Positions 36,651-48,891 of a stretch of 64,000 nt of DNA are shown piece after piece; position 1 is the stretch's first letter, and each line of letters begins with the position of its first letter. A program made the translations under genes and the position numbers. The notes beneath the pieces are model-generated. The model saw only the letters and a list, made by a program, of their open reading frames with translations. It was not told the DNA's origin and searched no databases. The stretch is from an uncultured Roseovarius sp. (GTDB taxonomy: Bacteria > Pseudomonadota > Alphaproteobacteria > Rhodobacterales > Rhodobacteraceae): assembly GCA_964010045.1 (NCBI GenBank), contig CAXGIB010000002.1, positions 81,917 to 145,916 on the forward strand, written 5' to 3'.

Positions 36651-37049
36651 TCAGAGCCAGTCCCGCAGGATCGGGATAAGCGGCAGATCTGCCGCTGGCA
36701 TGGGATAGGCGCGCAGATCCTGCGCGCGCACCCATTTGAGGGCCTGCCCCTCGCGGCCCTGCGGGATACCGTCCCACTTGCGGCAGGCGAAAAGCGGCAT
36801 CAGCAGGTGAAACTCGTCATAGGAATGGCTGGCGAAGGTCAGCGGCGCAAGGCAGGAGGCCCAGGTGTCGATCCCGAGCTCCTCGTGCAACTCGCGGATC
36901 AGCGCCGCTTCGGGCGTCTCGCCCGGTTCGACCTTGCCGCCGGGAAATTCCCACAGCCCGGCCATGGCCTTGCCCTCGGGCCGCTGCGCGAGCAGCACGC
37001 GCCCCTCCACGTCGATCAGCGCCACCGCCGAGACAAGAACGGTCTTCAA
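36651..37049 (-). CDS. mutT: 8-oxo-dGTP diphosphatase MutT (Nudix hydrolase)
   Basis: Nudix box GGKVEPGETPEAALIRELHEELGI. 132 aa. Its start overlaps the argJ stop. Confidence 0.88.
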   Translation of the reverse strand: MKTVLVSAVALIDVEGRVLLAQRPEGKAMAGLWEFPGGKVEPGETPEAALIRELHEELGIDTWASCLAPLTFASHSYDEFHLLMPLFACRKWDGIPQGREGQALKWVRAQDLRAYPMPAADLPLIPILRDWL

Positions 37050-38275
37050 GAGCGGTAATCCGCGTTGATCTCGATATAGCCGTGCGTGAGATCGCAGGTC
37101 CAGACCCGCGCCGTACCCCCGCCAAGGCCCAGATCGACATGGATCACGATCTCCTGGTTCTTCATGTAGGCGGCGGCGCGGGCCTCGTCATGGGCCGGGC
37201 TCACCTCGCCCTCGCGCGCCACTTCCAGATCGCCGAACCAGATCGAGAGCCGGTCGCGGTCCGCGCGCGCCCCGGACTTGCCCACCGCCATGACGATGCG
37301 GCCCCAGTTCGGGTCCTCGCCCGCGATGGCGGTCTTGACCAGCGGCGAATTGGCGATCGACTTGGCATGGACATGCGCCTCGGCATCGGAGGCCGCCCCC
37401 GTGACCGAGATCTCGACGAATTTCGTCGCCCCCTCGCCGTCGCGCACCACCTGATGCGCCAGATCGAGCATCACGCGCCGCAGCGCCTCCATGAAGCCCA
37501 TGTTGTTTTCCGTCACGCGCATGCCCGAGGTGCCGGTTGCGGCCATGAGCAACGTGTCCGAGGTGGAGGTATCGCTGTCCACCGTGATGCAGTTGAAGGT
37601 GGAGCGGTTGAGCGCGCTTACCATGTCCTGCAACACCGCCTGCTCCATCGCCGCATCGGTGAAGAGATAGACCAGCATTGTCGCCATGTCCGGCGCGATC
37701 ATCCCCGATCCCTTGGCGATCCCGGCGATATGCACGCTCTGCCCGTCGATGGCGATGGTCTCGTGCGCGCCCTTGGGAAAGGTATCGGTGGTCATGATCG
37801 CGCGCGCGGCCTCGGCGATGCCGCCGGGCGCAAGGCGCGTCGCCAGATCGTCGAGGCAGGCGGTGATGCGCTCGTGCGGCAAGGGCTCGCCGATCACGCC
37901 CGTGGAGGAGGTGAAGACGCGCGCCGCCGGAATGCCGAGCCGCTCGGCCACCGCCGCCGTCAGCGCCGCGACCGAGGCCGCGCCGCGCCGTCCGGTAAAG
38001 GCGTTGGCATTGCCGGAATTGACAAGGATCGCCGCGCCCGGCGCGGGATCGCCGCCGATCTTGGCCTGGCAATCGAGCACCGCCGCCGAGCGTGTGGCCG
38101 AGCGGGTGAAGACTCCGGCCATGGCGGTGCCCGGCGCGAGGCTGACCAGAAGCACATCGGTGCGCCCCCTGTAGCGCACGCCGGCCTCTGCCGTCGCAAA
38201 GCGCACACCGCCGATATCCGGCAGGTCGGGAAAGGCGGCGGGCGCAAGCGGCGAGAGCGGCGCAGGCTTGCCCAT
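37046..38275 (-). CDS. argJ: Bifunctional glutamate N-acetyltransferase / amino-acid acetyltransferase ArgJ
   Basis: 409 aa from the internal ATG. Autoprocessing site PDMATMLVYLFTDA. The end YIEINADYRS is typical of ArgJ. Confidence 0.95.
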   Translation of the reverse strand: MGKPAPLSPLAPAAFPDLPDIGGVRFATAEAGVRYRGRTDVLLVSLAPGTAMAGVFTRSATRSAAVLDCQAKIGGDPAPGAAILVNSGNANAFTGRRGAASVAALTAAVAERLGIPAARVFTSSTGVIGEPLPHERITACLDDLATRLAPGGIAEAARAIMTTDTFPKGAHETIAIDGQSVHIAGIAKGSGMIAPDMATMLVYLFTDAAMEQAVLQDMVSALNRSTFNCITVDSDTSTSDTLLMAATGTSGMRVTENNMGFMEALRRVMLDLAHQVVRDGEGATKFVEISVTGAASDAEAHVHAKSIANSPLVKTAIAGEDPNWGRIVMAVGKSGARADRDRLSIWFGDLEVAREGEVSPAHDEARAAAYMKNQEIVIHVDLGLGGGTARVWTCDLTHGYIEINADYRS

Positions 38276-38279
38276 GGCG

Positions 38280-39128
38280 TCAGTTCTCCAGCAGGTCGAT
38301 CCGGTTGATGAGCGCCGGATCGGCGGCATCGCCCGCCGCGCGCTCGATCTGCGTGCCGGATTCGAGCGTGGCCATATAGGCGGTGAACGCATCGCGGCGC
38401 AGCGTTTCGGAAAGCTCCTGGCGCACCTCATCGAGCGTGGGGCGTTCCTTGATCCGGGTCTCGTTGAGCTGGATCACGTGCCAGCCGAACTGCGTCTGCA
38501 CCGGGGCCGAGATCTGGCCCACCTCGAGCGCGCGCACCGCCTCGAAGAACTCGGGCACCATCACGCCCTCGCCGAACCAGCCCAGTTCGCCCCCCGACGG
38601 GCCGGAGGGGCCGATGGAACGTTCCTGCGCCAGCGCCGCGAAATTCGCCCCGCCCGCAAGGTCCTCCACAAGCGTCGCGGCCTCTTCCTCGGTCTCCACG
38701 AGGATATGGGCGGCGCGATACTCGGTCTGCGGCGCGGCATCGGCATATTGCGCGTCATAGGCGGCCTGAAGCGCCTCGTCGCTGACGGCCTCTTCCGTCA
38801 CCCGCTCCACCACCTCGGCGGCAAGGATCGCGCGGCGCTCGTTCTCGAGCCGGAGCTGGGTCAGCGCCGAAGGCTCGCCCTCGCGCGCCTGCATCAGAAG
38901 GTTCTGCTGCACAAGCTGGTCGAGCACACCCTTGAACAGCACCTCGGGCGGCAGCTGATCGTATTGCTCCGGCAGGCCCGCACGCAGCGCCAGCATGTGC
39001 CCCAGCGTGATCTCCGTGTCGCCAACCGTGGCCATGACGGTGTCGAGCGCGGGCGTATCCTGGGCCATTGCGGGCGCACCGAGCGAGAGCGCGGCCACCG
39101 CGACCGAGGAAAGAAACTGTCGAAACAT
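38280..39128 (-). CDS. Periplasmic parvulin-type peptidyl-prolyl cis-trans isomerase (PpiC/SurA-like)
   Basis: Signal peptide MFRQFLSSVAVAALSLGAPAMAQ. Rotamase block AAHILV...GGELGWFGEG.MVPEFF...TQFGWHVI. Confidence 0.88.
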   Translation of the reverse strand: MFRQFLSSVAVAALSLGAPAMAQDTPALDTVMATVGDTEITLGHMLALRAGLPEQYDQLPPEVLFKGVLDQLVQQNLLMQAREGEPSALTQLRLENERRAILAAEVVERVTEEAVSDEALQAAYDAQYADAAPQTEYRAAHILVETEEEAATLVEDLAGGANFAALAQERSIGPSGPSGGELGWFGEGVMVPEFFEAVRALEVGQISAPVQTQFGWHVIQLNETRIKERPTLDEVRQELSETLRRDAFTAYMATLESGTQIERAAGDAADPALINRIDLLEN

Positions 39129-39176
39129 GAAGCAATCCTTATCCAAAGAGCCGCAGCCCGCCCGGGGCAAGCGACG

Positions 39177-39204
39177 TTGACACTTCTCCGGCAGCCGCTT
39201 ACAT
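39177..39204 (+). promoter_or_regulatory. Possible sigma-70 promoter for secA
   Basis: TTGACA, a 16-nt spacer, then TTACAT, about 115 nt upstream of the secA ATG. This is a pattern match only. Confidence 0.35.
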
Positions 39205-39317
39205 CGCCGTCAGTCGGGGCGCGCGCGGGCCGGTTCGTGCCCGTTCTAGGGCGCGCGCGCAGGCGGGGCAAGCGATTGCCGGTCACCAACGGATAAAACG
39301 GCGGAAACGGACAGAAC

Positions 39318-42008
39318 ATGCTGGGTATTGGATCGCTTGCCAGGAAAGTCTTTGGCACGCCGAACGACCGCAAGATCAAGACAACCCGACCGCTTGTCGC
39401 ACAGATCAACGCCCTGGAGCCGGAGTTCGAGGCGCTCGACGATGCCGGGCTGATCGCCAAGACCGATGAGTTCCGCAAGCGTGTGGCCGGGGGCGAGAGC
39501 CTCGACGCGATCCTGCCCGAAGCCTTCGCCAACTGTCGCGAGGCGGCGCGCCGCGCGCTCGGCCTGCGCGCCTTCGACGTGCAGCTCATGGGCGGCATCT
39601 TCCTGCACCAGGGCAACATTTCAGAGATGAAGACGGGTGAGGGCAAGACGCTCGTCGCCACCTTTCCGGCCTATCTCAACGCGCTCACCGGCAGGGGCGT
39701 GCATATCGTGACGGTCAACGACTACCTCGCAAAGCGCGATGCCGACTGGATGGGCAAGGTCTATGCCGCGCTCGGGCTCACGACCGGCGTGGTCTATCCC
39801 CAGCAGCCCGAGGCCGAGAAGAAGGCCGCCTATGGTGCCGACGTGACCTATGCCACCAACAACGAGCTGGGCTTCGACTATCTGCGCGACAACATGAAAT
39901 CCTCGCTCGAGGAGATGAGCCAGCGCGGGCACTATTTCGCCATCGTGGACGAGGTGGACAGCATCCTGATCGACGAGGCGCGCACGCCGCTCATCATCTC
40001 GGGCCCCAGTCAGGACCGCAGCGATCTCTATCGAACGATCGATTCGGTGATCCCCGAATTGCAGGACGAGCATTTCAAGCTCGACGAAAAGACCCGCAAT
40101 GTCACCTATACCGAGGAGGGCAACGAGTTTCTCGAACAGCTCCTGCACGAGCGTGGCCTGCTGCCCGAGGGACAATCGCTCTACGACCCCGAGAGCACGA
40201 CGATCGTGCACCATGTCAACCAGGGCCTGCGCGCGCACAAGCTCTTCCACAAGGACAAGGAATATATCGTCCGCGGCGGCGAGGTGGTGCTGATCGACGA
40301 GTTCACCGGGCGGATGATGGCCGGGCGGCGGCTCTCGGACGGGCTGCACCAGGCGATCGAGGCCAAGGAGGGCTGCGCGATCCAGCCGGAGAACGTGACG
40401 CTCGCCAGCGTGACCTTCCAGAACTATTTCCGTCTTTACGAGAAGCTTGCCGGGATGACCGGCACGGCCGTGACCGAGGCCGAGGAATTCATGGAGATCT
40501 ACGGGCTCGGCGTGGTGGAGGTGCCCACCAACCGCCCCATCGCCCGGATCGACAAGGACGATGCCGTCTATCGCACCGCGCGCGAGAAATACGAGGCCAT
40601 CGTCGAGGAAATCCGCAAGGCCCATGAAAAGGGCCAGCCGATCCTCGTCGGCACCACCTCGATCGAGAAATCCGAGATGCTGAGCGGGCTTCTGAGCAAG
40701 GCGGGGATCCCGCACAACGTGCTCAACGCCCGTCAGCACGAGCAGGAGGCCAAGATCGTCGCCGATGCGGGCAAGCTGGGGGCGGTGACGATCGCCACCA
40801 ACATGGCCGGTCGCGGCACCGACATCAAGCTTGGCGGCAATGTCGAATTCAAGATCATGGAGGCCATCGCCGCCGATCCCGAGGGCGACCCCGAGGCGAT
40901 CCGGGCCCGGATCGAGGAGGAGCACGCCGCCGACGAGGAGGCCGTGAAGCAGGCGGGGGGCCTCTTCGTGCTCGCCACCGAGCGCCACGAGAGCCGCCGC
41001 ATCGACAACCAGCTGCGCGGGCGCTCGGGCCGTCAGGGCGATCCGGGCAAGTCTGCCTTCTTCCTCAGCCTCGAGGACGACCTGATGCGCATCTTCGGCT
41101 CGGAGCGGCTGGAAAAGGTGCTCTCGACACTCGGCATGAAAGAGGGTGAGGCGATCATCCACCCCTGGGTCAACAAGTCCCTCGAGCGCGCGCAGGCCAA
41201 GGTCGAGGCGCGCAATTTCGACATCCGCAAGCAGCTCCTGAAGTTCGACGACGTGATGAACGAGCAGCGCAAGGTGATCTTCAAGCAGCGCCTCGACATC
41301 ATGAAGGCCGAGGATCTGAGCGAGATCGTCGGCGACATGCGGGCCGAGGTGATCGCCGACATGGTCGATGAGTTCATGCCGCCCAGGACCTATGCGGACC
41401 AATGGGATACCGAGGGTCTGCGCGATGCGGTGCGCGAGCGGCTCAACATGGACCTGCCGGTGATCGACTGGGCCGCCGAAGAAGGCGTGGATGACGAGCA
41501 GATCATCGAGCGCCTCGAGCGGGCGGCCAACGAGATGATGGCGGCCAAGGCGGCGCAGTTCGGCCCCGGGACCATGCGCATGATCGAAAAGCAGATCCTG
41601 CTCCAGACCATCGACGCCAAGTGGCGCGAGCATCTGCTCACGCTTGAACACCTGCGCTCGGTGGTCGGCTTTCGCGGCTATGCGCAACGCGACCCGCTCA
41701 ACGAATACAAGACCGAGGCCTTCCAGCTCTTCGAGACGATGCTCGACAGCCTGCGCGCCGACGTGACGCAGAAGCTGGCGCAGATCCGCCCGATGACCGA
41801 AGAGGAACAGGCCGCGCTCATGCAGGATCTCGCGCGCCAGCGCGCGGCGATGGAGGCGGCGGCGGCCCCGGCGGGCGAGGATTTCCCCGACGCGAGTCCC
41901 GGCTTTGTCGAGGCCGATCCCGCCACCTGGGGCAATCCGGGGCGCAATGATCCCTGTCCCTGCGGTTCCGGCAAGAAGTTCAAGCATTGCCACGGACGCT
42001 TTGCCTGA
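39318..42008 (+). CDS. secA: Preprotein translocase ATPase SecA
   Basis: 896 aa. Walker [44 protein letters not shown] and the C-terminal Zn finger [14 protein letters not shown]. Confidence 0.98.
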   Translation: MLGIGSLARKVFGTPNDRKIKTTRPLVAQINALEPEFEALDDAGLIAKTDEFRKRVAGGESLDAILPEAFANCREAARRALGLRAFDVQLMGGIFLHQGNISEMKTGEGKTLVATFPAYLNALTGRGVHIVTVNDYLAKRDADWMGKVYAALGLTTGVVYPQQPEAEKKAAYGADVTYATNNELGFDYLRDNMKSSLEEMSQRGHYFAIVDEVDSILIDEARTPLIISGPSQDRSDLYRTIDSVIPELQDEHFKLDEKTRNVTYTEEGNEFLEQLLHERGLLPEGQSLYDPESTTIVHHVNQGLRAHKLFHKDKEYIVRGGEVVLIDEFTGRMMAGRRLSDGLHQAIEAKEGCAIQPENVTLASVTFQNYFRLYEKLAGMTGTAVTEAEEFMEIYGLGVVEVPTNRPIARIDKDDAVYRTAREKYEAIVEEIRKAHEKGQPILVGTTSIEKSEMLSGLLSKAGIPHNVLNARQHEQEAKIVADAGKLGAVTIATNMAGRGTDIKLGGNVEFKIMEAIAADPEGDPEAIRARIEEEHAADEEAVKQAGGLFVLATERHESRRIDNQLRGRSGRQGDPGKSAFFLSLEDDLMRIFGSERLEKVLSTLGMKEGEAIIHPWVNKSLERAQAKVEARNFDIRKQLLKFDDVMNEQRKVIFKQRLDIMKAEDLSEIVGDMRAEVIADMVDEFMPPRTYADQWDTEGLRDAVRERLNMDLPVIDWAAEEGVDDEQIIERLERAANEMMAAKAAQFGPGTMRMIEKQILLQTIDAKWREHLLTLEHLRSVVGFRGYAQRDPLNEYKTEAFQLFETMLDSLRADVTQKLAQIRPMTEEEQAALMQDLARQRAAMEAAAAPAGEDFPDASPGFVEADPATWGNPGRNDPCPCGSGKKFKHCHGRFA

Positions 42009-42096
42009 ACGCCCGAATGACTCCGTGATCGCGCCACGGTGGGGCCTTCTTTGACGCCTACCCTCATGCTGTCTCGCAAGCGGCAAGGAGGGTGCG

Positions 42097-43053
42097 ATGG
42101 CCCGGATCAAACGGTATCTCATGGCGGGGGCAACCCTCGCCTGCGCGCTCGGCACCGCCTATTTCATGCAGGCAGGTGCCGCGCCGGTCGCGGTGCAGCG
42201 GGCGGCACCCGTGAGTGCGGCACCGGTGCGCATCACCGCGATCGAACTGACCTCGGCGCCTGCCTTGCCGGCCATGCCCGCGCCCGAGGGGCTGCCGCCC
42301 GCGCCGGTGACGCGCGTGGTGGCGCGCGACATGCCCCTGCCCGAAGCGCTTCCCGGCGACGAGCCCGCGCCGGGCTTTGCCTGCGAGGCGGCGATGCAGG
42401 CCACCGTGCTCGACGGTGCCATGGTGCGCCTCGATGTCTCGGCCCCCTGCAAGCCCGATGCCGGCTTTACCCTGCATCATACCGGGATGATGGTCTCGGC
42501 CCGCACCGATGCGCAGGGACAGGCCGCGATCACGCTGCCCGCGCTTTCGCAGGCGGCGGTGTTCATCGCCGCCTTCGAGGGCGTCGCCGGGGGCGAGGGG
42601 GCGGTCGCCACCGCCGAGGTGCCCGATCTGGCGGGCCATGACCGCTTCGTGGTGCAATGGCGCGGCGACGCCGAGAGCCTGAGGTTGCACGCGCTCGAAT
42701 ACGGGGCCGATTTCGGCGAGCCCGGCCATGTCTGGAGCGGGGCAGAGGCCCCCGAAGGGGCCGGACGGCTCGTGCGTCTGGGCTTCGACATGCCCTCGCC
42801 CGCGTTTCGCGCCGAGGTCTATACCTTCCCCACGCAATCGGCGGCGCGCGACGGATCGGTCGCGCTGCGGCTCGAGGCGGAGGTCACGGACGGGAATTGC
42901 GGCCGCGACCTCGAGGCGCAGAGCCTGCGCATCGGGCCGTCCACGGGCACGGTGGTTCGGGATGTCGTCCTGCCCATGCCGGACTGCGCCGCGCTGGGCG
43001 AGTTTCTCGTGTTGCAAAACCTCTTCGATGACCTGAAGATCGCGCAAAAGTAA
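42097..43053 (+). CDS. Hypothetical signal-anchored/periplasmic protein
   Basis: 318 aa with ATG after AAGGAGGG. N-terminal hydrophobic segment YLMAGATLACALGTAYF, a Pro/Ala-rich linker, then a Cys-containing beta-rich region. No family recognised. Confidence 0.6.
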   Translation: MARIKRYLMAGATLACALGTAYFMQAGAAPVAVQRAAPVSAAPVRITAIELTSAPALPAMPAPEGLPPAPVTRVVARDMPLPEALPGDEPAPGFACEAAMQATVLDGAMVRLDVSAPCKPDAGFTLHHTGMMVSARTDAQGQAAITLPALSQAAVFIAAFEGVAGGEGAVATAEVPDLAGHDRFVVQWRGDAESLRLHALEYGADFGEPGHVWSGAEAPEGAGRLVRLGFDMPSPAFRAEVYTFPTQSAARDGSVALRLEAEVTDGNCGRDLEAQSLRIGPSTGTVVRDVVLPMPDCAALGEFLVLQNLFDDLKIAQK

Positions 43054-43077
43054 CCGCACGACTTCGGGGGGCAGACC

Positions 43078-44637
43078 ATGGCAGGATGGCGGGCGGCTGG
43101 TCTTGCCGCGGCGCTCTCATGTGCCCTGGCCGGTCCGGTCGGGGCACAGGACGTGACCCTGCGCTCGCATGACGGCAGCGTCGAGATCGACGGCGACCTG
43201 CTGGGTTTCGACGGCGAGTTCTACCGGGTCGGCACCGCCTATGGCGAGCTGACCGTCGACAGTTCCGGCGTGACCTGCGAAGGTCCGGGCTGCCCCGATC
43301 TCGAAGACTTCGTCGCCCGGCTCGTGGCCTCGGGGGCCCCGGCCATCGGGCGCGTGCTCATGCCCGCGCTGCTCGAGGCCTTCGCCATCCGCGAGGGCTA
43401 TCTGCTCGAACGCCACGACGACGGCGGCGTGCTTGGATTCACCCTGCACCCGGCGCGGGACCCGGCGACGGTGCTCGGGGATTTCCGCTTTCGCCTGACC
43501 AATTCCGAAGAGGGCTTTGCCGATCTCGTCGCCAACGAGGCGGATATGGCCATGACCCTGCGCGAGGCACGGCCCGACGAGCGCGCCCTGGCGCGCGAGG
43601 CGGGGCTTGGCGATCTTGCCGCGCCCGGCCGGATGCGCGTGCTCGCGCTGGACGCGCTCATTCCGGTGGTCGCGCCCGCCAATCCCTTGCAAGGGATCAG
43701 CCTGCGCGATCTTGCCGATATCCTGACCGGCCGAATCGTCAACTGGACCGATCTCGGCGGGGCCGATGCGCCGATCGACCTGCATCTCTGGGCCGCCGAT
43801 ACCGGTGTCGGCCAGGCCGGCCTGGACCAGGTGCTGGCAGCCGGCACCGCCGATCTGCGGGCGCGCATCGTCTGGCACCGGGACGGCCGGTCCCTGGCCG
43901 CGGCGGTCGCCGACAATCCCTTCGCGCTGGGCCTCACCACCCGCTCGGAACAGGGCGCGACCTGGGAGCTTTCGCTCACCGGTGCCTGTGGCTTTGCGCT
44001 GCGCGCGCATCGACGCACCGTCAAGACAGAGGACTATCCGCTGACCGCGCCGCTCTTTCTCTACCTGCCGGAGCGTCGCCTGCCCAAGCTCGGGCGCGAT
44101 TTCCTCGCCTATCTGCGCGACCCCTCGGCGCAGCTGGTGATCCGGCGGGCGGGCTTTGTCGATCAATCCCCAGAGGAGATCGAGATCAACGCCCAGGGCG
44201 ACCGCTTCGCCAACGCGATCGCGCAGGCGGGGGCCGAGATCGGGCTTGGGGAGTTGCAGCGCATGGTCGGGCGTCTCGCCCCGCTCAAGCGGCTGACCAC
44301 GACGTTTCGCTTCGAGACCGGCTCGGCCCGGCTCGACGCGCAGTCGCGTTCCAACGTGGCACAGCTCGCCGCCGCGCTGGAACTGGGCCTTTACGACAAC
44401 CGCCGCCTGGTCTTCGTCGGCTTTTCCGACGGGCAGGGCCCGGCGGAGGCCAACCGGCGGATTGCGCTGCGCCGGGCCGAGGCGGTGCGCGACGCCGTGA
44501 CCCGCGCCGCCGAGACGGCCCGGCTCGACCGGATAAACCTGTCGGTGGATACCTTCGGCGAGGCGATGCCGATGGCCTGCGACGATACCCCCTGGGGGCG
44601 GCAGGTGAACCGGCGGGTCGAGGTCTGGGTGCGCTGA
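43078..44637 (+). CDS. PstS-like (PBP-like_2) periplasmic binding domain fused to C-terminal OmpA-like domain
   Basis: Signal peptide ...ALSCALAGPVGAQD. The central region resembles a phosphate-binding-protein fold (ALIPVVAPANP...ILTGRIVNWTDLGG). The C-terminal segment TFRFETGSARLD...NRRIALRRAEAV...NRRVEVWV is OmpA_C. Confidence 0.8.
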   Translation: MAGWRAAGLAAALSCALAGPVGAQDVTLRSHDGSVEIDGDLLGFDGEFYRVGTAYGELTVDSSGVTCEGPGCPDLEDFVARLVASGAPAIGRVLMPALLEAFAIREGYLLERHDDGGVLGFTLHPARDPATVLGDFRFRLTNSEEGFADLVANEADMAMTLREARPDERALAREAGLGDLAAPGRMRVLALDALIPVVAPANPLQGISLRDLADILTGRIVNWTDLGGADAPIDLHLWAADTGVGQAGLDQVLAAGTADLRARIVWHRDGRSLAAAVADNPFALGLTTRSEQGATWELSLTGACGFALRAHRRTVKTEDYPLTAPLFLYLPERRLPKLGRDFLAYLRDPSAQLVIRRAGFVDQSPEEIEINAQGDRFANAIAQAGAEIGLGELQRMVGRLAPLKRLTTTFRFETGSARLDAQSRSNVAQLAAALELGLYDNRRLVFVGFSDGQGPAEANRRIALRRAEAVRDAVTRAAETARLDRINLSVDTFGEAMPMACDDTPWGRQVNRRVEVWVR

Positions 44638-44639
44638 GA

Positions 44640-45422
44640 TCAGAGATAGCCATCGGCGCGAAAGCTCACCTCGCCGGATTTGCCGATGACAACGTGATCG
44701 TGCAGCACGAGGCCGAGCGCCTCCGCCGCGCGCCGCACCTCCGCCGTCATGGCGATATCGGCCTGCGAGGGGGTGGGATCGCCCGACGGGTGGTTATGAA
44801 CGAGGATGAGCGCGCTGGCATCGAGCAGCAGCGCGCGCTTGACCACCTCGCGCGGATAGACCGGAACGTGATCGACCGTGCCGCGCGCCTGTTCCTCGTC
44901 GGCGATGAGCAGGTTCTTGCGGTCCAGGTAGAAGACGCGGAACTGTTCGGTGCCGCGATGCGCCATGCTGGCGCGGCAATAGGCGATGAGCGCCTCCCAG
45001 GAGGAAATCACCGGGCGCCCGATCACCCGCGCCTGCGCCAGCCGGTGCGCCGCAGCCTCGACCAGCTTGAGCTCGGTCACCACGGCGGGGCCGATCCCGG
45101 CCACCTCGCCCAGCCGTTCGGGAGGGGCGGAGATCACGCCGCTGAAATCGCCGAACCGGTCGAGCAGCGAACGCGCAAGCGGCTTCACGTCACGGCGCGG
45201 GATGGCGCGGAAAAGCACGAGTTCGAGCAGTTCGTAATCCGGCATGGCCGCGGGGCCGCCCGCAAGGAACCGCGCGCGCAACCGGCTGCGATGGTCGCGG
45301 ATATAGGAGGGCAGCCGCTCCGTCCCCGCCCCCGGCGGCGGGGTGTCGAAGAGCGGCAGGGACAGATCGTGAAAGGCCGGATCGCTGCGCATGCCCCGGG
45401 TATCGCACCGGGGCGTTAGCAA
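44640..45422 (-). CDS. radC: RadC-family JAB/MPN domain protein
   Basis: JAMM motif HNHPSGDPTPSQAD and HhH-like N-terminal region ELLELVLFRAIPRRDVKPLA. Start is ambiguous between 45422 and 45392. Confidence 0.9.
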   Translation of the reverse strand: MLTPRCDTRGMRSDPAFHDLSLPLFDTPPPGAGTERLPSYIRDHRSRLRARFLAGGPAAMPDYELLELVLFRAIPRRDVKPLARSLLDRFGDFSGVISAPPERLGEVAGIGPAVVTELKLVEAAAHRLAQARVIGRPVISSWEALIAYCRASMAHRGTEQFRVFYLDRKNLLIADEEQARGTVDHVPVYPREVVKRALLLDASALILVHNHPSGDPTPSQADIAMTAEVRRAAEALGLVLHDHVVIGKSGEVSFRADGYL

Positions 45423-45438
45423 AGCGTTAACGCGCGCC

Positions 45439-46596
45439 TCAGCTCTTCATCGAATCCCAGAAGCTGCGGACCGAGGAGAAGAAGCTGTGGCTCTTCGGGT
45501 TGTTGTCCTCGCTCAGCGCCTCGAATTCGCGCAGAAGCTCCTTTTGCCGCGCGGTGAGGTTGACCGGCGTTTCCACCGCAAGCTCGATCATCATGTCGCC
45601 GCGCCCGCCGCCGCGCAGTGCGGGCATCCCCTTGCCGCGCAACCGCATCTGGCGGCCCGATTGCGAGCCCGCCGGGATCGAGACGCGCGCCCGCCCGCCA
45701 TCGATCGTCGGCACCTCGATATCGCCGCCAAGCGCGGCCTTGGTCATCGAGACCGGCACGCGGCAATAGAGGCTGGTGTCCTCGCGCTCGAAGATGTCGT
45801 GCGGGGCGACCTCGATGAAGATGTAGAGATCGCCCGGCGGCCCGCCGCGCATCCCGGCCTCGCCCTCGCCGGACAGGCGGATGCGTGTGCCGGTCTCCAC
45901 GCCCGCGGGAATGTTGACGCTGAGCGCGCGCTCCTTCTGCACACGGCCCTGGCCCTGGCAGGTCTTGCACGGGTTCTTGACGATCTGGCCGAGCCCGCCG
46001 CAGGTTGGGCAGGTGCGCTCGACGGTGAAGAAGCCCTGCTGTGCGCGCACCTTGCCCATGCCCGAGCAGGTCGGGCAGGTGCTGGGCTGCGCGCCGCCCT
46101 CGGCCCCGGTGCCGTCGCAGGACTCGCAGGTGGCCGCGCTGGTGACCTTGATGGTCTTCTGCAGGCCGGCATAGGCCTCCTCCAGCGTCACGCGCAGGTT
46201 GTAGCGCAGATCGGCCCCGCGCGCCGCGCGCTGCCGCCCGCCGCCGCGGCCGCCGCCCATGAAATCGCCGAAGAGATCGTCGAACACGTCGGAAAAGGCC
46301 GAGGCGAAATCGCCATGCCCGGGGCCGAAGCCGCCCGCGCCGGGGCGCGGCCCGCCGCCGCCCATGCCTGCCTCGAAGGCGGCATGGCCGAAGCGGTCAT
46401 AGGCGGCCTTCTTCTCGGGGTCCTTGAGCACGTCATAGGCTTCGCCCGCCTCCTTGAAGAGACGTTCGGCCTCGGGGTTGTCCTTGTTGCGGTCGGGGTG
46501 CAGATCCTTGGCCTTCTGACGGTAGGCCTTCTTGATCTCGTCCGCCGAGGCACCCCGCTTAAGCCCGAGCACCTCGTAATAGTCGCGTTTGGCCAT
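45439..46596 (-). CDS. dnaJ: Molecular chaperone DnaJ
   Basis: J-domain with HPD (KDLHPDRNK), a G/F region, and four CxxCxGxG repeats ([32 protein letters not shown]). Confidence 0.97.
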   Translation of the reverse strand: MAKRDYYEVLGLKRGASADEIKKAYRQKAKDLHPDRNKDNPEAERLFKEAGEAYDVLKDPEKKAAYDRFGHAAFEAGMGGGGPRPGAGGFGPGHGDFASAFSDVFDDLFGDFMGGGRGGGRQRAARGADLRYNLRVTLEEAYAGLQKTIKVTSAATCESCDGTGAEGGAQPSTCPTCSGMGKVRAQQGFFTVERTCPTCGGLGQIVKNPCKTCQGQGRVQKERALSVNIPAGVETGTRIRLSGEGEAGMRGGPPGDLYIFIEVAPHDIFEREDTSLYCRVPVSMTKAALGGDIEVPTIDGGRARVSIPAGSQSGRQMRLRGKGMPALRGGGRGDMMIELAVETPVNLTARQKELLREFEALSEDNNPKSHSFFSSVRSFWDSMKS

Positions 46597-46655
46597 CGGG
46601 GATCTCCTTCAGACGAAGACCGGGGCCGCGCGGACCCCGGCTTCTGGCTCTGGCC

Positions 46656-48569
<1,914 letters not shown>

Positions 48570-48681
48570 GTTTTCGATCCCTTCTCATTCAGGCGATTTG
48601 GCGGAGACCCGACCCGTTGCGGCATCCGGCCCCCGGTTTGTAAGCGGGGACGATATGGCCTCGGCCCCGCATGTCCCGGCG

Positions 48682-48712
48682 TATATAGGCGGGGGCTTGC
48701 GGCCCTGCAAGC
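48682..48712 (-). promoter_or_regulatory. Possible RpoH (sigma-32) promoter for dnaK
   Basis: The minus strand reads CTTGCAG, 11 nt, CCCGCCTATAT, which resembles CTTG-N17/18-CCTATNT heat-shock promoters of alphaproteobacteria. It lies about 115-140 nt upstream of the ATG. Confidence 0.4.
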
Positions 48713-48891
48713 ACCGCAACTCGCGCTTTTCCCTCAATTTTGCTCAAGGACCGGCGCGGCACGGGACAGCGGGCGCGCGTGCCGTCCCGCGCGACCTCCC
48801 CGCGGCTTGCCGGATTCCGCGCAGCTTTGTTAGTGACTCGCGCGCCCATGCAAGTATGCTGCGGCTGATTTGACAGCCCCGGGAGGCAGCA

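Noticed and set aside
39621-42155. An 844-aa minus-strand ORF antisense to secA. Similar cases are 46926..48833 antisense to dnaK, 48589..51006, 14520..16370, 348..1610, 9609..10592, 16628..17740 and 18516..19817.
   Set aside because: All are shadow ORFs opposite genes with unmistakable conserved motifs. In GC-rich DNA, long stop-free antisense frames are expected by chance.
48830-48839. TTAGTGACTC, resembling the left arm of a CIRCE element (TTAGCACTC-N9-GAGTGCTAA), in the dnaK / RND divergent region.
   Set aside because: There is no matching right arm 9 nt downstream, and it lies closer to the RND operon than to dnaK. dnaK in alphaproteobacteria is usually RpoH-controlled rather than HrcA-controlled.
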